Virus record (IMG/VR): IMGVR_UViG_3300022924_000206 | From: an uncultured virus (IMG/VR IMGVR_UViG_3300022924_000206) | Taxonomy: Duplodnaviria; Heunggongvirae; Uroviricota; Caudoviricetes | DNA length: 20,000 bases | Direction: 5' to 3' (one strand) | Shown: positions 15,437 to 20,000 of the stretch, piece after piece | How the letters are laid out: every line of letters begins with the position of its first letter | Position numbering within the stretch: position 1 is the stretch's first letter | Translations under genes and position numbers: made by a program | Notes under the pieces: generated by a model | What the model was told of the DNA's origin: nothing | Database searches by the model: none | Seen by the model: the letters and a program-made list of their open reading frames with translations, nothing else

Positions 15437-15823
15437 TCATCGCTTACCTAGTCTCTCGATAAAAGTTCTCTTTGGGAAAACCAGTCTGTCATATTCGCTG
15501 CGGAAAATTTCCCGCGCTAGCTTTTCAGTGTCTTCGTAGTAGCTTTTATTGAGTTTTGGGTTGTGGAAATGACGAGCTCTTGCCATGAGCCAAAGCACAA
15601 ACTCAATAGCATCGGTTCTTCCAGCGCCCTGAGACATGAAAACAGAACCATCAGCGAGGGTAACCTTCAGGGAATAGTGAGGCTCATCATAATCCCAGCC
15701 TGTGTAACGCCCATAGAGGTTAAGCCCGGATGATTCAATGAAGTAGCGAGCGCGCTCAATATCTGAACGGTACTCGTCATCGTAGCGAGTCCTGTATCGA
15801 GTAAAGTGAGTATAACGAGCCAT
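15437..15823 (-). CDS. Hypothetical basic protein, tandem paralog of 14968..15357
   Basis: 128 aa. Shared M.RYT.FT, SD.ERAR.F, DEP.Y.LK.T.ADG, LAR.IF...YDRLV.PKRTF.E.L.KR. Confidence 0.8.
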   Translation of the reverse strand: MARYTHFTRYRTRYDDEYRSDIERARYFIESSGLNLYGRYTGWDYDEPHYSLKVTLADGSVFMSQGAGRTDAIEFVLWLMARARHFHNPKLNKSYYEDTEKLAREIFRSEYDRLVFPKRTFIERLGKR

Positions 15824-16224
15824 TAGTTGCTTTCCTGCGCCTTCTCGAAATCCTTAATGTAATTGATGGCGTCACCGAGCTCATAGTCGATGCTATAGCG
15901 GCCGGTCCACCCGTTGGAGAGCTCCACCTCACCGACAAAACCGTAGTAATTGTCATTGGGGGAGTATGTGTCAGCGAACTCGGTCCAGCTAACCTCTTCA
16001 ATGGTGAAAACCTTGACCACCGTGACCACGGGATCGCTGTGGAATCGGAACTTGCTGTAGAGCCCGTAATCCTTCCACATGGGATGAGTGGACTTCTCAG
16101 CATCCGGATACACCGGAAAAGCCTTCGAATCGAGAAGAAGATGCGCGAGAGCACGATTCATGCGCTCCACGATGGTATCGGTGGCCTCCGGAGCATCGAG
16201 CAAATTCTTACGAGTGGTGTCCAT
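15823..16224 (-). CDS. Hypothetical protein
   Basis: 133 aa, GC3-rich codons. The stop overlaps the next start (TAATG), and a promoter lies directly upstream. Confidence 0.8.
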   Translation of the reverse strand: MDTTRKNLLDAPEATDTIVERMNRALAHLLLDSKAFPVYPDAEKSTHPMWKDYGLYSKFRFHSDPVVTVVKVFTIEEVSWTEFADTYSPNDNYYGFVGEVELSNGWTGRYSIDYELGDAINYIKDFEKAQESN

Positions 16225-16231
16225 GAACGTA

Positions 16232-16260
16232 ACTCTACGCTATAAACAGGCTTGTGTCAA
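16232..16260 (-). promoter_or_regulatory. SigA-like leaderless promoter
   Basis: TTGACA-17 nt-TAGAGT, 7 nt before ATG 16224. Confidence 0.75.
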
Positions 16261-16270
16261 TCTATTCCGA

Positions 16271-17014
16271 TTAAGGAAGTGTAACAATTGCGGTAATAAT
16301 GCCGCCCCAGTGACGACGCCACCAGAGCCCTTTAGGCTCAGCGAGAACAGCAGCTACGATGAAATCTACCACGAAAGCCAAGAGCCAGAAAGTCACAAGA
16401 GGAATCATGAGCCAAAGTGGGGAAGCGTGTAATACGGATTCGGCTAAACGACTAAGAAAATCGGCGATGATGTCAGCCTCAGAAATTCCGGATAGATACT
16501 GGGCAACCACGGTCTCTTCATTGAAAGTTGACATTACAGCCGTTATGGCTTGAACGGCGAAATAAATTTTTCCGATGATGAGAACGAACACCGCGATGGA
16601 CATTGCCGCCACCGGAATGGATGACCACTTACGGTAATTAGCTAGCTTTTCCCCATAAATAGCGTCCGCCCCGGGTGTTCTAATCCCGAGCGCCCAGAGC
16701 ACCCAACGGCCCTTACGTTTCGGCTCGATCAACTCGTCAGAAACCGGTTTCCTCTTGGGGATTTCGGTTTGTTTCTTTCGCCAGACGAACAGTGCTACGG
16801 CACCGGCGGAGATCAGAAGCCACGGTGTTGCGTAAAGCAAACGAGATCCTATGGATTCCTCCGGAGCAGAGCTCACAAGAACAAAGGTGAATCGAAGCAC
16901 TCCAAGAATAGCAATGGCAATAGCCATGAACGGTAATCTTTTCCAAATACGATTCAGAAAACGTCCGCGTAGAGAGCTCTTAGGCTTAGGAGGTTCGACC
17001 TCTAATTCATTCAC
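16271..17014 (-). CDS. Multi-TM membrane protein; C-terminal ~150 aa paralogous to 2823..3305
   Basis: 247 aa, GTG start. Two extra N-terminal TM helices fused to the shared domain. Confidence 0.75.
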   Translation of the reverse strand: MNELEVEPPKPKSSLRGRFLNRIWKRLPFMAIAIAILGVLRFTFVLVSSAPEESIGSRLLYATPWLLISAGAVALFVWRKKQTEIPKRKPVSDELIEPKRKGRWVLWALGIRTPGADAIYGEKLANYRKWSSIPVAAMSIAVFVLIIGKIYFAVQAITAVMSTFNEETVVAQYLSGISEADIIADFLSRLAESVLHASPLWLMIPLVTFWLLAFVVDFIVAAVLAEPKGLWWRRHWGGIITAIVTLP

Positions 17015-17024
17015 AGGGGAATTA

Positions 17025-18023
17025 TCAGAGCAGGCCTAATTTAGTGTAAACCCTATCTCTAGTCTCAGCTGCTAGCACTCGCGCCCGTTCAGCATTTCCC
17101 GCTAGGACTTCATCGAGTTCCTCGGGTGAGCTAAGCAGAAGTTTCGTTTGCTCACGAATAGGCTCAAACTCATTCACGATGAGTTCGGTCACCTCACTCT
17201 TGAAAACTCCATAACCTTTACCGGAGAATTCATCGGTAATGGCTTCCAAGGTTTTCCCTGAAATGGCCGAATGAATCACCATGAGATTTGAAATTCCTGG
17301 CTTTGCTTCACGGTCGAAGTATACTGCTCCTTCAGAGTCCGCCGTAGCCTTACGGAGCTTCTTAGCAATGACATCCGCTTCATCTAAAACCCAGATAGTT
17401 CCGAGGTCAGTGGTCGAGGACTTCGACATCTTCTGTGTGGGTAGTTGAAGATCATAGATACGAGCGGTCTCACCCTGAATGAGTGGTCGAGGCACCGTGA
17501 AGGTTTCCCCGAAACGCTTGTTGAATCTTTGAGCAAGATCCCGAGTAAGCTCCACATGCTGTTTCTGATCAGCACCCACCGGAACTACCTCGGTCTGGTA
17601 GAGAAGAATATCCGCAGCCATAAGAATAGGATAGGTGAATAACCCAACCTTGGTTGCGGCCTCACCAGCCTTCTCACTCTTGTCCTTGAACTGAGTCATA
17701 CGGGCAGCCTCACCAAAACCGGTGATTGTTGAGAGAGCCCATTGGAGCTCAGCGTGAGCCGAAACACGAGACTGCACGTAAAGGATCGACTTGCTAGGTT
17801 CGATGCCCGCCGCGATGTACTGCGCGGCGGTTCTTCTAATCTTCTCACGAAGTTCGGTTGATTCGTTGGTTTGAGTTAGCGCGTGGAGGTCTACCACCGA
17901 GAAAATAGCCTCGTGGGAATCCTGAAGTGATTTCCATGGGAGCAATGCGCCGATGTAGTTACCTAGCTGAAGCGAATCGGCCGAGGGCTGCATACCTGAA
18001 TAAAGGCGAGGTTTATGTGTCAT
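17025..18023 (-). CDS. trpS: Tryptophan--tRNA ligase
   Basis: YSGMQPSADSLQLGNYIGAL (HIGH equivalent), VVDLHA, YPILMAADILLY, VPVGADQKQH, KMSKS. The likely start is ATG 18023 (MTHKPRLY). Confidence 0.97.
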   Translation of the reverse strand: MTHKPRLYSGMQPSADSLQLGNYIGALLPWKSLQDSHEAIFSVVDLHALTQTNESTELREKIRRTAAQYIAAGIEPSKSILYVQSRVSAHAELQWALSTITGFGEAARMTQFKDKSEKAGEAATKVGLFTYPILMAADILLYQTEVVPVGADQKQHVELTRDLAQRFNKRFGETFTVPRPLIQGETARIYDLQLPTQKMSKSSTTDLGTIWVLDEADVIAKKLRKATADSEGAVYFDREAKPGISNLMVIHSAISGKTLEAITDEFSGKGYGVFKSEVTELIVNEFEPIREQTKLLLSSPEELDEVLAGNAERARVLAAETRDRVYTKLGLL

Positions 18024-18031
18024 GTGAGATC

Positions 18032-18205
18032 TTAGTAGGGGAAGATGGCGGCAAAGATTGCTGAACCAATGATAATCAGAAAGCAAACCGTGGTGATGTT
18101 ACTTTGGAGCTGCGCGTTTGTATTGGTTACATGGCGCGAGTGGGTTTCTGCGTTCATCCGCTCAATGGCGCGGCGCCTTAGAAAATCTTCACGAGCTCTA
18201 TCCAC
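18032..18205 (-). CDS. Small protein with C-terminal TM helix
   Basis: GTG 18205 preceded by GAGGAGG SD. 57 aa, MDRAREDFLRRR...VCFLIIIGSAIFAAIFPY. Confidence 0.6.
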   Translation of the reverse strand: MDRAREDFLRRRAIERMNAETHSRHVTNTNAQLQSNITTVCFLIIIGSAIFAAIFPY

Positions 18206-18353
18206 GAGAGTCCTCCTCAGGAATTTCAGCAATGAGTGAGAGCACGCGCTCTTTCACTCCGCCGTTGCCAGTCCAGGTAACCGCCGGCGACTTGTCGATG
18301 AACTTGATTAGCTCTTGAAGGGTGCGCTTATCTAGATTCTTTGGGTTAGCCAT
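18198..18353 (-). CDS. Small hypothetical protein (51 aa, below ORF-track cutoff)
   Basis: MANPKNLDKRTLQELIKFIDKSPAVTWTGNGGVKERVLSLIAEIPEEDSRG. The start overlaps the upstream stop (TAATG) and the ORF fills the operon gap. Confidence 0.65.
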   Translation of the reverse strand: MANPKNLDKRTLQELIKFIDKSPAVTWTGNGGVKERVLSLIAEIPEEDSRG

Positions 18354-18886
18354 TAGTTGAACTCCACATCGGTGAGCTTACCGTTGAGGTGGAACTTACC
18401 GGTGAAATTCACAACGGTGTCCACATACAACTGTGCGTTGGTCTTGAGAACCAAGTGAGTGTAAGGCGAGTTCACTGTTCGGGGAATTGCCACTGTGAGC
18501 TCTCCAGGCTCACTCTTCGTCACATTGCCGATGCCCATAACGATTCCGAGGTCCACGTTGATCGGGGTGAGTTGCAGGCTCTTAGGCCCATCTGCGGCAG
18601 GCATCTCGCGAGTCCATCGAGGAACACTCACCGAGGTCTCAAAAAGCTCTCGCACATCGGCTTCGCTCACACGAAGCTTCTCGCCGGTGATCAGACGAAT
18701 CCAAGCGGAATCAAAAAGGTAACCGTGGAGTTCGTCACCGAAAACCAGGGAGAGCTCCGGGAAATCGGGGTGATTTACCAGGCAGTGGAATCGGTGAGAC
18801 TTTTCGGTCTTACCGGGAACGAGCTCAAGCGGGAAGTGATTCTTCAGCGCGAGCAACGTGATTTCGGACAGTGTGAGCTTAGCCAT
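18353..18886 (-). CDS. Hypothetical protein
   Basis: 177 aa with a strong GAGGAG SD and GC3-rich codons. Confidence 0.8.
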   Translation of the reverse strand: MAKLTLSEITLLALKNHFPLELVPGKTEKSHRFHCLVNHPDFPELSLVFGDELHGYLFDSAWIRLITGEKLRVSEADVRELFETSVSVPRWTREMPAADGPKSLQLTPINVDLGIVMGIGNVTKSEPGELTVAIPRTVNSPYTHLVLKTNAQLYVDTVVNFTGKFHLNGKLTDVEFN

Positions 18887-18941
18887 TTATATCTCCTCTT
18901 AGGACTTGGAGGGAACCGCCCCCTCAATTAGTTTCCACTCT

Positions 18942-19000
18942 ATCGTAAAACCGAACGAAACACAACACAAGTTGACAAATTATGAAAATAGTGCAAGAAT
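18942..19000. promoter_or_regulatory. Back-to-back SigA-like promoters
   Basis: Minus strand: TTGTGT(18970-18965)-17-TACGAT(18947-18942). Plus strand: TTGACA(18972-18977)-17-AAGAAT(18995-19000) with TGn extension. Confidence 0.55.
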
Positions 19001-19037
19001 GGTGTTACAGCCCACATAAGCGCTAAGGAGATATTCC

Positions 19038-19217
19038 ATGGACATTCGACTCCGTGATCAGCTCGCCCGAGAGATTTTCGAAGACATCAAGCCGAGTAAC
19101 CCTCACGGGCCTCAGGATGATCTGTACTTCGGTATGCCTTACTGCTCGTATCAGACTGAGCAGGCTAAGAGGATCGCTGAACGTATCCTCGAGAAGTTCA
19201 CTGTCACTCAGAACTAG
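19038..19217 (+). CDS. Small hypothetical protein (59 aa, missing from ORF track)
   Basis: AAGGAG SD at 19025-19030. MDIRLRDQLAREIFEDIKPSNPHGPQDDLYFGMPYCSYQTEQAKRIAERILEKFTVTQN. Confidence 0.75.
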   Translation: MDIRLRDQLAREIFEDIKPSNPHGPQDDLYFGMPYCSYQTEQAKRIAERILEKFTVTQN

Positions 19218-19366
19218 TGGGACGCCTCTAACCACTTTCCGAAATAGGTCAATCCTACGGTAAAACCAACGAGAAAAATTGCGGCAGCTAAACCGTGAAC
19301 AAACTCGATCCAAATTTGTTTCTTTGAGGTTGAATCTTTACCCTCAGTGTTGTAAGATGATGACAT
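19214..19366 (-). CDS. Possible small single-TM protein (50 aa)
   Basis: MSSSYNTEGKDSTSKKQIWIEFVHGLAAAIFLVGFTVGLTYFGKWLEASH, with TAGTAT 7 nt upstream of the ATG. Confidence 0.45.
   Translation of the reverse strand: MSSSYNTEGKDSTSKKQIWIEFVHGLAAAIFLVGFTVGLTYFGKWLEASH
19330..19358 (+). promoter_or_regulatory. SigA-like leaderless promoter of the nucleotidyltransferase gene
   Basis: TTGAAT-17 nt-TAAGAT, 6 nt before ATG 19365. Confidence 0.65.
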
Positions 19367-20000
19367 GAGCACTATACTAACGAAGATAGCAGAGAAACTG
19401 CCGGCTGATGCCTCCCTCATCCTGCTTGGAGAGTACGGCTCCTCCGCTCACGGTGTTGCCATCGGCTCATCGGACTACGATTTCATCGGGGTGGCCGTTG
19501 AGCCCAAGCGGGTTGCTCTCGGTATTGATACCTACGAGCACACGGTCATCAAGGATGCCGCTGCCGGGGTTGCCACCGGAGCTGACGAAGAGGAAGGGAC
19601 GATCTACGGACTTCAGAAGTTCGTGAAGCTTGCCGAGGCTGGTAACACGGCCATGATGTCGGCTCTGTATCTCCCCAACTACAAGGTCCTCACCGAAGCT
19701 GGAAAGCTATTCGTCGGTTCTCGGGAACTTTTCCTCTCGAGGAGCGTGCTCAAGCGTTTCGCCGGCCACCTGGCTACCGAGCGTAAGCGCATGAAGGGTG
19801 AACTTCGCGAGAAGGTGCACCGCCCTGATCTGGTCGCCGAGTTTGGTTTCGATACCAAGGCTGCCTATCAGGCCATGAAGCTCGGTTACCACGGCCGTCG
19901 ATTTGCTAAGGAGGGAACGCTTGCCATTCCTTTCCCTCAGGATGAAGTTGAACTAATCCTTAGTGTGCGGGCCGGTGAGAAGTCAGTTGAAGAGGTTGAC
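19365..20000 (+). CDS. RlaP-like (Pol-beta superfamily) nucleotidyltransferase, 3'-truncated by window edge
   Basis: Open frame MSTILTKIAEKL... with GSSAHG.....SDYD (hGS..DxD), IYGLQKFVKLA..GN and RPDLVAEFGFDTKAAY, typical of the PF10127/T4 NrdC.11-like family. Absent from the ORF track because it has no stop in the window. Confidence 0.85.
   Translation, partial: MSTILTKIAEKLPADASLILLGEYGSSAHGVAIGSSDYDFIGVAVEPKRVALGIDTYEHTVIKDAAAGVATGADEEEGTIYGLQKFVKLAEAGNTAMMSALYLPNYKVLTEAGKLFVGSRELFLSRSVLKRFAGHLATERKRMKGELREKVHRPDLVAEFGFDTKAAYQAMKLGYHGRRFAKEGTLAIPFPQDEVELILSVRAGEKSVEEVD

Noticed and set aside
18024..18086. N-terminal extension of TrpRS in the ORF track
   Set aside because: It overlaps the upstream small gene, and TrpRS homology begins at MTHKPRLYSG.
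18389..18931. 180-aa plus-strand ORF
   Set aside because: Antisense shadow of 18353..18886, which has a strong SD and operon context.
19038..19217. LAREIF peptide shared with 15437..15823
   Set aside because: Six-residue match only, with no extended alignment. Probably chance.
1..20000. CRISPR array, tRNA/rRNA genes, transposase/integrase, alternative genetic code
   Set aside because: No regularly spaced DNA repeats, RNA-gene signatures or recombinase motifs seen. Standard code 11 gives dense, full-length ORFs using all three stop codons.

Overview
Gene-dense, roughly 50% GC window with frequent strand switching and mostly hypothetical proteins. It most likely comes from a jumbo phage or other giant extrachromosomal element of an actinobacterium. 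This is an inference: the TrpRS has a Microbacteriaceae-like signature and there are leaderless promoters and LmeA-like and SipW-like genes, but no capsid, terminase or replication hallmark gene is in the window. Recognisable products are a divergent dNMP-kinase-like P-loop protein, a 2OG-Fe(II)-oxygenase-like protein, a SipW-like/RCC1-repeat/secreted-protein operon, DUF3228 plus ParB/Srx-domain genes, a Sir2 deacylase divergent from a GNAT-domain protein, TrpRS and an RlaP-like nucleotidyltransferase. Three observations stand out. (1) Three otherwise unrelated proteins share a ~40-aa N-terminal H-C-C-H module, a candidate Zn-binding 'address tag' on varied cargo. (2) One of those cargoes is a GNAT encoded head-to-head with a sirtuin. 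(3) There appear to be two promoter classes: SigA-like leaderless promoters, and a GATAR-N7/8-start motif upstream of five genes.
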